This document shows, piece after piece, positions 24,901 to 37,100 of a stretch of 64,000 nt of DNA. This stretch comes from Balanoglossus misakiensis (taxonomy: Eukaryota > Animalia > Hemichordata), in the NCBI GenBank assembly GCA_040954595.2, contig CM082598.2, positions 10,121,097 through 10,185,096 on the forward strand. The letters are read 5' to 3'. Within the stretch, counting starts at the first letter, position 1, and each line of letters opens with the position of its first letter. The notes under the pieces are model-generated. The model did no database searches, had not been told where the DNA came from, and saw nothing but the letters and a program-made list of their open reading frames with translations. Both the position numbers and the translations under genes were made by a program.

Positions 24901-27900
24901 TAAATAAACTGACTCTCATCACTTGATGTTAGGATTTCTTGCATTGCCAGAATGATGTGATCACCAGAATTCTCTGATGAATCAAACAATTTCAGCCTGG
25001 AGATTTCCCTGGACAGTGTCTGTGTGAGAAATGATGGCAAAATATTAATATCATTTATTAGGAAACCTGGCCAGTCACTGAGAAATCTGTCGGCCTTTAC
25101 AAAGTATAGTTCATAATCTTCTCATAAAATGATAAAGTTGCCGCAAAGGTATACAGTCACCTATAATTTACATACGCCCATATATGGCTGAAATGGCGTA
25201 TTTGAGCGTTCTAAAGGACATATGGCGGCGCTCTTTTTTTCGCGTGTGCCACCCACTGAAAATCTGTGATTGGCTAGATCTCAAGTTTACCATGGTAACT
25301 GTAGTTAAATTACCATAGGTGACAATATACCTTAACATATCATATTTCTTCTGGGAAGTGTAATTGTTTTAAGATCAAATATTACATGTACATACCAATT
25401 GTATGCCTCTCAGATATTGTCTTTCCGTTGATGCACTCACTTTGTGCTCACCAATACTGAATAGCTGTAAATATAATCAAAGGAGAAGAAATCACTCACT
25501 CATTAGCAATGATACTGCAAAAGTGGAAGTGACTGATTTTGAGTATGAAGTTGGAAAAGAGTCCCAGTACAGTGTAGAGAGGTTTCCAGATTAGGTAGAT
25601 TTTGCTGTCCAACCATTTTCACACAACGGCCATAAAACTTAAAGAAGAACTATTAAATTACCCAGCCTGATAAGTTTTGTGGTGTTTGGAAAGTCGTCCA
25701 TGTCTGATGACACAAGATCAGCTTTTGATTGTAACATGAGACATGATCAGTTGTGTTTTGGTTCAAAAGAACATGACCTGGTTTAAGAAGCCTTGCAACT
25801 TCAGGTGACTACAGAAGGAGCTATACTGTGCCCATTGGCCTTGATTTGACTGAGAAACCATGATTTACTGAAAAGCCACTTGGAAAAGGGTCCACTTTAT
25901 TTCTAAACCAAACTTACCTTCAGGAAGATCATCTTGGCTGACTCTTGACTATCTACAGTGACTTTTCTTGCATCCATCTTGGCTGCAACATCTTTCTTTT
26001 CATCCACCTGCATTGCCTCACTTTTCTCCTCTTTCTTTTCCTCATCTGCAAATAAAAATTGTGTTATGTCCAGGAAATATTATTTACTTTCTGAGAAGAA
26101 ACTGGAATATCTAGCTTTGCAAATCAGTTAGTGAAATAAGAGAACGCAAACAATTAATTGTCATGAAATAGTCACCTCTGTTAATATCGCGAAAAATTTC
26201 CCATCACAAAAATTACCAAGATTACAGTAACCTAAAAATATAAAATCCTAATAATGTCCAAAGTTGAAGAATTCTATATGTATGACTTAACTTTTGAGAC
26301 ACTATTTCACAACACAAATACTAGTACCTTTGTTCTCTTTATCCAGGAATGAATTTTTTTCCACCTTCTGCTCCTCTCATCTGTTGAACTTCCACTAACT
26401 GAGCCATGTATCCTTTGTCAACCACAGCCTGTTCCATACTGTACAGATCTTGTCTGCAGGCCATGTCGAGATGCTGCAGTAGTTTGCTGTGAAAAGAAAC
26501 AGAAGTGTTACATGTGTATGTGTGTTACAGGGCCAGATCACGGCACATCATGACAAAATCTTTGTGAATATGGTGCTAGCATCATGTTTATAGCAGATCA
26601 TGTGTATTCATACTTGTGGGCCAAATGACCTTAATATGTGGTTTGTTGTATGACTTAATTATAACACACACACCCAGTTTTTTTAATAGTCCTGCTTGAA
26701 AGATCACAGAGTGTCTTTGGCTACTGAAAAGCACCACCACAATGAGAGATAACTCACAACACCGAAGAGTAAATCTCTAAAGTTGTAATTTAAACCAAGT
26801 ATGGAAATTGGGATGTACGGTAGCTTTGATGAGGAATAATTCTAGAGTTACAACATACCTCATGCTGTTGACTGGTATACCAAAGGACTGCACAGACAAG
26901 ACCAACTGAGCTGGTTCCAAGTCTTCCAGGGCTGAAAAAAATGACAAATTCAGGATGAAAACAACAAAAGTTTGGTGAGAAAAGATCCCAAGTTGAATTG
27001 ACACACAGATTGGCAGATATTTCCACGAAATATCACATGTAAATGGTGCAACAACAGATTAACCGATCAGGCCATGACAAATACTGCACCTCTTCACAAA
27101 AACTGCTGGGTTGCAATTTATAGCATAAAATTACTGTAAAACAGGAAATTTTTGTGATATCACAAGAGAGCTGACTATTCCATTGCTCACATTGTTTCTT
27201 TGCGACCATTTATTTTCACGTTTTTTGGCTCTCACGAAATTCGCAAAAATTTCCCCTTTTACAATAGTATGGTTGGATCTATACAATGTATACATTGAAT
27301 GGGGATGAACACTGGACAGTGGAGCATTCTATATTAAAATTTGGGAAAACATTGAAGCCATATTAAGGTCATACTTGATTAAGCTGAAAGTCGGCACAGA
27401 ATCAATTTGAAATTCAATTGGCTACAAAAATTGACTTTTCTGCCATTCTGAGATCTCCATGCTGAGCTCAATTATGTTGCTGCTTCATATAGTGGTCAGC
27501 AATAAAAACTTACTACTGTTACAGTGGTTATACATGTAACTCTTATTAAATGTTTTTTTTTCTTGTTTTATCATGAAATCTGACAATATCACGAAATCTG
27601 ACTGTGGGTGGCACGACAGAATAAAACTGGTTTTCGTCTCAACTTTTGTACATGTAGTGACACAATGAAAGAATGACAGAGAAACTGCTAACAGACAGAT
27701 TATTATATATTTTTTTACCTTTTCATGTCACTTTTATAAAACACTGCATGGCAACAAATGTGAACCATGAACAATTTGCAAGACAATGAACTAGAAGTTG
27801 AACGAGATTTGAAGACCTGCTCTGGAAGTAATTGATTGACACTCACCCATGAGTAAGATTCCGCATGGGGCTGTGTGGCTTTCTTCAAGTAATTGTAGAA

Positions 27901-30900
27901 TATATGTAACATGGATGTCAGTGTACATAGTGTTGGTCTGGTCGGCACTGGTGTCTCTACACAGCATGGAGCTGAGTATGGTGGGCCTTTCTACAATCAA
28001 CTGAGCTAAATGTGACAATGTGTAATTAAAGAGAAATATACAGTCAGTGGAGTAAAGGGTATAACACAATCATACTGATGGAATTCTCACTACCTGAAAT
28101 AGGTTTTTGCTACCTAGGTGAGTGATGAATAAAGGTCTAATGTCCTCTCTGATATAACATACTAGTGTATGGTAAATGTCTTTCAGAGATCTACACATTA
28201 AAGGGACAAACTCTCTACAGTTAATTCATTTTGGGGAGATTTTTACTCTCATATCCTACAAACGGGATGGAAGTTGTGTGTGGTCGAACATTGATTCACT
28301 ATATATCCACATGTAGAATAACATAAATTGTGTCTTGTATCAAACATAATGTATGGAAAAAGGGCAGCGAGAGAGAGACTTTGTCCCTTTAAATATCATA
28401 GCTGGCATACAGTTATAAATATGCATTTTTTGATTTATGTCTTGCAAGTACAAAACTGTTCTTTATTAAAAAGAAATACAGACAAGGTGATCCCAGGAAC
28501 ATAAAACCCAAAACTCAAAGCTACCAGACAGATGAGTCTTGAGATAAACTTGGACTTACTTGTCAATCAATCTGGACTGCTCTTGTAACAACAACTCACT
28601 CAATGCTTCACTGGTGCTGGATGATTTTGTTGGCACTTGCATAGCAACAGATAAGGCTTTATTCAGAAACTCTTCTAGTTGGCTGGAATTGGCGCCTGTC
28701 AGCTGGTGATACACTGCATATGGTGCAAAGTCAAACAAAATTCACCCAATCATAAAATGTATCATTAACATGATCATACCATAAAAAATGTGAATGAATT
28801 ACAATTATAGCGTGCGCATATTGAATCATACGAAATCACACCAAATAACGCGAGACTTAGAAATAACATTACATGTGTATGGTGCCACTTAAACGACACC
28901 ATTTATTCTTTTTGAGCCTAAATCATGTTTAACCACAACTAGACAACCACAATGACCTTGTGAGAATGAAACCCACCAATAAATACATGTAGATAATCTG
29001 AAGCTATCACAGAAACAGAATGTCTTTGACAAAGTATTGCAAAGCCTTCAGTTGACCGCGAAAAAGTTGACGAAGCATGCATGTGGAAAGTGGAGTGTTG
29101 ATAACAATGTGAATATATGCACGATAGCTTGCTGCGCTCGCACTCAGGTCAAACCTGTTACATATTACCAAAAATGTGGATCTATATAATTAACATTGGG
29201 TCCGTTCCTTCTTATCCCACTCGTGTTTCTGTTTGTTTGGTGAGAATATCTAATAGGTTAGCCCCTTTCACTCCCAGTTCCTTCTTTAGAGGTCCAACCT
29301 TACCATAGAAAACGATGGGTTTGGACTGGAACATGGCGGTGAAAGGGTTCAGGTGCTTGAGGGAGTGTTAAAAATGCAGACTTTACCTTTCTATAACATG
29401 TCTCTATCTACAGCCATCCGTCCCTCAGTGACGGCTTCAATGATTTCACTCACTTCATCCAAGTTGCCACCACTGGCTTTGATGGGACTTTTCTCACTGC
29501 TCAGGGATTTCGCTGGAAGGAAGGACGTAAGACTGGAATTAAGGCATACGTCCCTACATAAAGGGAGGACATTTGGACATGATACCACAAATGGTTAATG
29601 GAGTTTCTGGGAAGGTTTTCAAATTCCAGGAATTTCCAGGAGTGTACGAATCCAGTTAAGAATTCTTTATGTCATGTGATCTGGCCATGTGACCTCCAGC
29701 ATTGTCATTTCCAGGTGACGGCAAACAACATAGTGGCATCCAGTAAAAGTTTTCCACGTATGTAAGTACTTAAGAACCGCCAGACATGTAACATGTATCA
29801 GGTATAGTACCTCATCAGCCTCATGGCATTTTGTCTGCACAGTCTTTGTCTGCACCACGTTGCTGAAGTTGCCTGTCATCTGGAAAATTGAATGCCAACG
29901 TATTTGCGCTTGAGCGCGTCTGGCGTCTTTTGATATCAAAGAATAAATGCATTGTACAAACTTGAAAGTATGTAGAATTTTTCTATTTATCCTGTGTGAT
30001 ATAGTGAAAACGCTCAAGTTACAGTTTGTGTATGGTTTTGAGAATTATTTCACTGCTTGAGGTAAGTGAAATAAACAGCTCACCTTGTTGTCTGTTGACT
30101 TTTTCATACTGGTTGAGAAGTTTTGTAAACACACTGTTTTCAGACTTTGATGAACTCAAAATTGCACACTAGCTGGACAAATCTCATCATATCTTCCTTC
30201 TTTTCAAGATGTTTCTAAATGATATAAAGGAGTGAGAGTGAGAATTGTGCATGATTATGTCAGTTTTGAACTTTCATGTCTGTTTTGGACTGAGAGCTGT
30301 TGAATGAGAGAGAGAGAGGGAGAGAGAGATCGCGCTCGAACAATCAGGGGGTCACGCAGACGTAATCTTTTCATTGGCGTGATACTGATATCACCACGTA
30401 ACTTGCAATTCCCAAGAGTGCGACTGTACGTACGTAAACTGTATCAAATTCAACTCATTCACGTCATATGAGAGGAGGTATACCGTGCGAATGCGAGCGC
30501 TGGGGGAACCGGGTACCGCCTACTTGAAATGGACCTCTTCCCTTAGTGAAGTCAAATAATCATAATTATCTATCATGTAAGAAGTCAAAAATGTAAGAGA
30601 ATGTTTTAATAAATATGTCAACTTATTATTTATATTCCCCTGTATATATTCCCCTGTAAATGTCTCATAATTTGAGGAATAATATTTTGGAAGCTGAACG
30701 GAAGTTGCAACTCAAATCAAATTTCAACTTCTCCAATATATGGAATAACACTATAAGCCTACTGACTTGAGAAACTCAAATTGAATTTCAAATTCTCGAA
30801 CAAACGAAAATATGTTTGAATGTAAGTAATCTTACTATAAAATTGACATGCAATTACCTGTCGTTGGTGAAGCAAACTGAACAATGGACATGACAAATGA

Positions 30901-31488
30901 TGTTTTCTGTGTAGATTATAAATAAACTGACTCTCATCACTTGATGTTAGGATTTCTTGCATTGCCAGAATGATGTGATCACCAGAATTCTCTGATGAAT
31001 CAAACAATTTCAGCCTGGAGATTTCCCTGGACAGTGTCTGTGTGAGAAATGATGGCAAAATATCAATATCATTTATTAGGAAACCTGGCCAGTCACTGAG
31101 AAATCTGTCGGCCTTTACAAAGTATAGTTCATAATCTTCTCATAAAATGATAAAGTTGCCGCAAAGGTGGTCACACCAATGAAACATGTAAGTCGTTCAT
31201 TCCAAGAGTTGACAACGATAATGTAACTTAAAGTCTACTGTATTACTCCATTAAAAGTAGCATTTCTTGAATTTTGATCTACAATAAAGTTGACATGATA
31301 TCTGTATGTCAAAAATTTATAGAGAAAAAATGACTGATTGTTCAAACAATTTTTTTCATGGAAGTTTCTTGTCCTGGGGGAATTAATATAATTGTCAGAA
31401 ACAAGCAATTGTATAATTGTTCAAAACACTTGGCAGGAAAGTTACTAGTTCTCGAGGGATTCACCTCACTTCACCATATTCAGGTAAG

Positions 31489-33787
31489 TCAATCACTGTC
31501 ACTGTCATTGTCAACCATGTGGGGACCATAAGGAGTTGTATTTGGTCTTCTTGCCCTTCTACCACCATTCCACCATGCATTTACGGCTCGTAGGGGATTG
31601 AACTGGTGCAGTGGTTCACCCAGCAACTTGATCCGCATCAGTTCATTTAGTCTGGTAGTTGACAGACTGCTACGCCAGTCAGTTTTGATTTTACCCATGA
31701 TGCTGAAGCCTCGTTCACACTCGCTAAGGGGTGTGAATAGGTATCAACAAAATGATCTTGACTAAGGTAAGTATATTTCTATACTCATCTAGTTGCTGTC
31801 TCAGGAATCGTTGCCAGAAATCCAGGTAAGTCAACTGTGGCTGATTGAAAACTGTCTCACGCAAAGCTAACTTCAGTTCACGCCACTCTAGTGGGATTTC
31901 ATCACTGTCACAGTTCTGTCGTACAAGTAAGTCTTGAAAGTGGGCAGCCATTTGTTCTACTTGTAGATTTCCATACTGCTGCATCCCATTTACATCATCA
32001 ACTGGCCAGTTCCGTTGGTTGAACACCTTAGCGTTGTTCAATATTTCATTTTCATCAAATGAACGAAATCTAGCCTCAAGGTGATTCACACAGTTGTCAA
32101 TAAACTCTACTTTATCTGTGTTCACCATGATGTCACATTCTCGTCTGGGTTGTGGTCTACCTCTTTCAGCAAAGTTAATTTGTACTCCTTGAAATGTAAT
32201 GACATCACAATCACCATCACTTCCTTCAACAGTGACAAGTCCATTAAATTCTCTCTCTCGTGGACCTGGGTTATCTCTAAGTTCCCCTAGATTTCCAAGT
32301 GCGGCACGGAAACAACTCTCAACTGTTTCAACTGAGCTGTCATTCTTCTGAAACATTAATGACAGGCGTGACAGTACTCTGTATATGTCAAGCAGCAGGT
32401 AGAGGGACTTGACAAATCTGTATGATTTCAGTAGTCTGACAAACCCTTTGGCTTTGTTCTTGGCGTCGGATGATTGCCCATCAATGGAAACTTGATCGAG
32501 GTGAAATACCAATGCCTTGAAATTCTGGGTAACATTGATGAGCGCACGCTCATGGTGGCCTATCCATCTAGTGCCCAAAACGTTGGAAAGTTTGTAGACA
32601 CGTACGTTAGTTGCTTCTCCAGCAAGCTGTAAGTTTGTCCAGTTCAATGGAGAGTTCTTGTAGAACTTGTAGACATTGACCAGAAAAACTTCGACGCCTT
32701 CGAAATACTTACAAGTTTTCAAGGATTGCTTGATAGCAAGTTCCATCCGATGGGCCACACAATGCACTACAATCAATGAGGGGACATCACGGGACAATCG
32801 AGCGCTCACTCCCTTGTTTTTGCCAAAGTTCACGGCAGCTCCGTCTGCTCCAAATCCCACTATCCGATCTTTCCAATTCCCCATGTCAAGTTCGTTATGG
32901 AATGCTACATCAATTGATCTTAAGATACCTTCACTTGTTGCACGGTCGAGTGGTTGCAAGGAAAAGTATTTCGTAACAGGTCGCCCATCTTCAATCAGCC
33001 TGAGGTAGAGTATTTCCTCGTCTATAATCGCTACATCTGTCGCAGAGTCGATTAAAATGGAGAACAGTTCACTCCTCTCAACAAGACTTTTTAAGTCTTC
33101 ACGCTGGACTTCCGCAATGTAGTGAAGAAATGTCGACGCCTGTTTATCGTTTTTATATGCCGACCCCAACTCAACGTCGTTCAATTCTTGCAAGGCACAC
33201 AAACTAGCGAAGTCAGAAAAAGGCCGTTCAGCGATTGCTAGATAATAAGCAGTTCGAAAAAGTCTTTCAACTTTCTGAAATTGTTCACGTTCAGCATTTA
33301 GGAAGCCCTGCTCTATTGGGGCATTTCTACCAGGTGCTAATCGATTCACCTTGTATGACCCCGCTGCCTTCGTGTGAGGTTCACTCACTTCGTGTTTCGT
33401 AATAGACGACAACCGGAAATTGCTCGTACCTTGTCGAAAAGCGCTGTCAACATGACTGAAATCTCGGCACCACTGACAAAACATTGTATCGTCATCGCTA
33501 GAATACACCAGCCACGGGTGATCAGTCTTCCATTTCTGTGAAAACTTCTTGGTTACTTTGGTTTTTTTAGGCGATGACGGGGCTGAGGCGCCTGGTTCGC
33601 GTTCAACGCCAACATTGTCGCTTCGATCAGTGGGTAGCTGTGACGTACCGGTCAAATATCGATCGCCCCGCCCCGCGCAGTCGTCCGTGTTGGTATTGCA
33701 ACTTGCAGTCCCCTCCAAGTTAGGCCCATCACTTATCTTGGTGCAAACTCGCTTGAACCCAAACTTAAATAAACCGCGACTCTGCAT
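31489..33787 (-). pseudogene. hAT transposase, ZNF862-like (TTF-type zinc finger, DDE core, hATC dimerisation domain), ~765 aa if repaired; single frameshift at about 31726
   Basis: Intronless 687-aa ORF with W..HPWL..MFCQWCR..KHEVSEPH, FSILIDSATD, GFGADGAAVN, HCVAHRMELA and TRW motifs. It ends IPIHTP* and continues in another frame as SECERGFSIMGKIKTDWRSSLSTTRLNELMRIKL (ORF 31489..31698). Confidence 0.93.
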
Positions 33788-34130
33788 GTCAAAAGAACTC
33801 TATTGACATTACAGTTATTCCATTGACGGACTTGCGTTAGCATAATGTACATAGACCCTGGAGCATACACTGCGTTTCCAATGGTGATGCCCAATAGTAT
33901 TGCTAAACGTCACAGTAGTTTCAAGGCTACCCCGAAAATATAGTTCCATTGCTTACTTGTGTATGGGTTACATGAAACGAGTCGTTGTTCACGTATATGG
34001 TCATGCGGGTAGATAAGTGACAGCTGGGAGGAGCGTTAGGGATATTGCGGTCCTGAAATATACGGAAGTGAACTATCGCTAAATCATTCCTCTTACCGAA
34101 CTATCTAAGCACTGAAGACGAACGAATTAT

Positions 34131-34158
34131 AATTGGTGGTCCAAATGGACCACCAATT
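34131..34158. repeat. Perfect 13-bp-arm palindrome in the hAT subterminal region
   Basis: AATTGGTGGTCCA-aa-TGGACCACCAATT; further GTGGTGGTC / GACCACC copies up to 34214. Confidence 0.9.
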
Positions 34159-37100
34159 TTTCAAATGTGGTGGTCCAAAATGAAAATGTGGTGGTCTTTG
34201 GACGCAAGACCACCGTTAATTTCGAGCCCTGTAAGTTTTGTGGTGTTTGGAAAGTCGTCCATGTCTGATGACACAAGATCAGCTTTTGATTGTAACATGA
34301 GACATGATCAGTTGTGTTTTGGTTCAAAAGAACATGACCTGGTTTAAGAAGCCTTGCAACTTCAGGTGACTACAGAAGGAGCTATACTGTGCCCATTGGC
34401 CTTGATTTGACTGAGAAACCATGATTTACTGAAAAGCCACTTGGAAAAGGGTCCACTTTATTTCTAAACCAAACTTACCTTCAGGAAGATCATCTTGGCT
34501 GACTCTTGACTATCTACAGTGACTTTTCTTGCATCCATCTTGGCTGCAACATCTTTCTTTTCATCCACCTGCATTGCCTCACTTTTCTCCTCTTTCTTTT
34601 CCTCATCTGCAAATAAAAATTGTGTTATGTCCAGGAAATATTATTTACTTTCTGAGAAGAAACTGGAATATCTAGCTTTGCAAATCAGTTAGTGAAATAA
34701 GAGAACGCAAACAATTAATTGTCATGAAATAGTCACCTCTGTTAATATCGCGAAAAATTTCCCATCACAAAAATTACCAAGATTACAGTAACCTAAAAAT
34801 ATAAAATCCTAATAATGTCCAAAGTTGAAGAATTCTATATGTATGACTTAACTTTTGAGACACTATTTCACAACACAAATACTAGTACCTTTGTTCTCTT
34901 TATCCAGGAATGAATTTTTTTCCACCTTCTGCTCCTCTCATCTGTTGAACTTCCACTAACTGAGCCATGTATCCTTTGTCAACCACAGCCTGTTCCATAC
35001 TGTACAGATCTTGTCTGCAGGCCATGTCGAGATGCTGCAGTAGTTTGCTGTGAAAAGAAACAGAAGTGTTACATGTGTATGTGTGTTACAGGGCCAGATC
35101 ACGGCACATCATGACAAAATCTTTGTGAATATGGTGCTAGCATCATGTTTATAGCAGATCATGTGTATTCATACTTGTGGGCCAAATGACCTTAATATGT
35201 GGTTTGTTGTATGACTTAATTATAACACACACACCCAGTTTTTTTAATAGTCCTGCTTGAAAGATCACAGAGTGTCTTTGGCTACTGAAAAGCACCACCA
35301 CAATGAGAGATAACTCACAACACCGAAGAGTAAATCTCTAAAGTTGTAATTTAAACCAAGTATGGAAATTGGGATGTACGGTAGCTTTGATGAGGAATAA
35401 TTCTAGAGTTACAACATACCTCATGCTGTTGACTGGTATACCAAAGGACTGCACAAACAAGACCAACTGAGCTGGTTCCAAGTCTTCCAGGGCTGAAAAA
35501 AATGACAAATTCAGGATGAAAACAACAAAAGTTTGGTGAGAAAAGATCCCAAGTTGAATTGACACACAGATTGGCAGATATTTCCACGAAATATCACATG
35601 TAAATGGTGCAACAACAGATTAACCGATCAGGCCATGACAAATACTGCACCTCTTCACAAAAACTGCTGGGTTGCAATTTATAGCATAAAATTACTGTAA
35701 AACAGGAAATTTTTGTGATATCACAAGAGAGCTGACTATTCCATTGCTCACATTGTTTCTTTGCGACCATTTATTTTCACGTTTTTTGGCTCTCACGAAA
35801 TTCGCAAAAATTTCCCCTTTTACAATAGTATGGTTGGATCTATACAATGTATACATTGAATGGGGATGAACACTGGACAGTGGAGCATTCTATATTAAAA
35901 TTTGGGAAAACATTGAAGCCATATTAAGGTCATACTTGATTAAGCTGAAAGTCGGCACAGAATCAATTTGAAATTCAATTGGCTACAAAAATTGACTTTT
36001 CTGCCATTCTGAGATCTCCATGCTGAGCTCAATTATGTTGCTGCTTCATATAGTGGTCAGCAATAAAAACTTACTACTGTTACAGTGGTTATACATGTAA
36101 CTCTTATTAAATGTTTTTTTTTCTTGTTTTATCATGAAATCTGACAATATCACGAAATCTGACTGTGGGTGGCACGACAGAATAAAACTGGTTTTCGTCT
36201 CAACTTTTGTACATGTAGTGATACAATGAAAGAATGACAGAGAAACTGCTAACAGACAGATTATTATATATTTTTTTACCTTTTCATGTCACTTTTATAA
36301 AACACTGCATGGCAACAAATGTGAACCATGAACAATTTGCAAGACAATGAACTAGAAGTTGAACGAGATTTGAAGACCTGCTCTGGAAGTAATTGATTGA
36401 CACTCACCCATGAGTAAGATTCCGCATGGGGCTGTGTGGCTTTCTTCAAGTAATTGTAGAATATATGTAACATGGATGTCAGTGTACATAGTGTTGGTCT
36501 GGTCGGCACTTGTTTCTCTACACAGCATGGAGCTGAGTATGGTGGGCCTTTCTACAATCAACTGAGCTAAATGTGACAATGTGTAATTAAAGAGAAATAT
36601 ACAGTCAGTGGAGTAAAGGGTATAACACAATCATACTGATGGAATTCTCACTACCTGAAATAGGTTTTTGCTACCTAGGTGAGTGATGAATAAAGGTCTA
36701 ATGTCCTCTCTGATATAACATACTAGTGTATGGTAAATGTCTTTCAGAGATCTACACATTAAAGGGACAAACTCTCTACAGTTAATTCATTTTGGGGAGA
36801 TTTTTACTCTCATATCCTACAAACGGGATGGAAGTTGTGTGTGGTCGAACATTGATTCACTATATATCCACATGTAGAATAACATAAATGGTGTCTTGTA
36901 TCAAACATAATGTATGGAAAAAGGGCAGCGAGAGAGAGACTTTGTCCCTTTAAATATCATAGCTGGCATACAGTTATAAATATGCATTTTTTGATTTATG
37001 TCTTGCAAGTACAAAACTGTTCTTTATTAAAAAGAAATACAGACAAGGTGATCCCAGGAACATAAAACCCAAAACTCAAAGCTACCAGACAGATGAGTCT

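Larger units (their letters stand above)
31169..34231 (-). mobile_element. hAT-superfamily DNA transposon, 3063 bp, 5' end intact and 3' end deleted, inserted in unit 5
   Basis: Unique sequence interrupting the array. The minus-strand terminus CAGGGCTCGAAATTAACGGTGGTC at 34231 has the CAGGG start typical of hAT. GGTGGTC subterminal repeats are present. There is no matching TIR or 8-bp TSD on the left, and 521 bp of the unit is missing. Confidence 0.93.

Noticed and set aside
31724-33787. Domesticated host gene ZNF862
   Set aside because: It has a transposon terminus and subterminal repeats, interrupts a repeat unit and is frameshifted, so it is a transposon copy.
32081-34347. Plus-strand ORFs within the transposon and the ORFs at 34127..34347
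   Set aside because: These are antisense shadows of the transposase or chance frames crossing the TIR/array junction.
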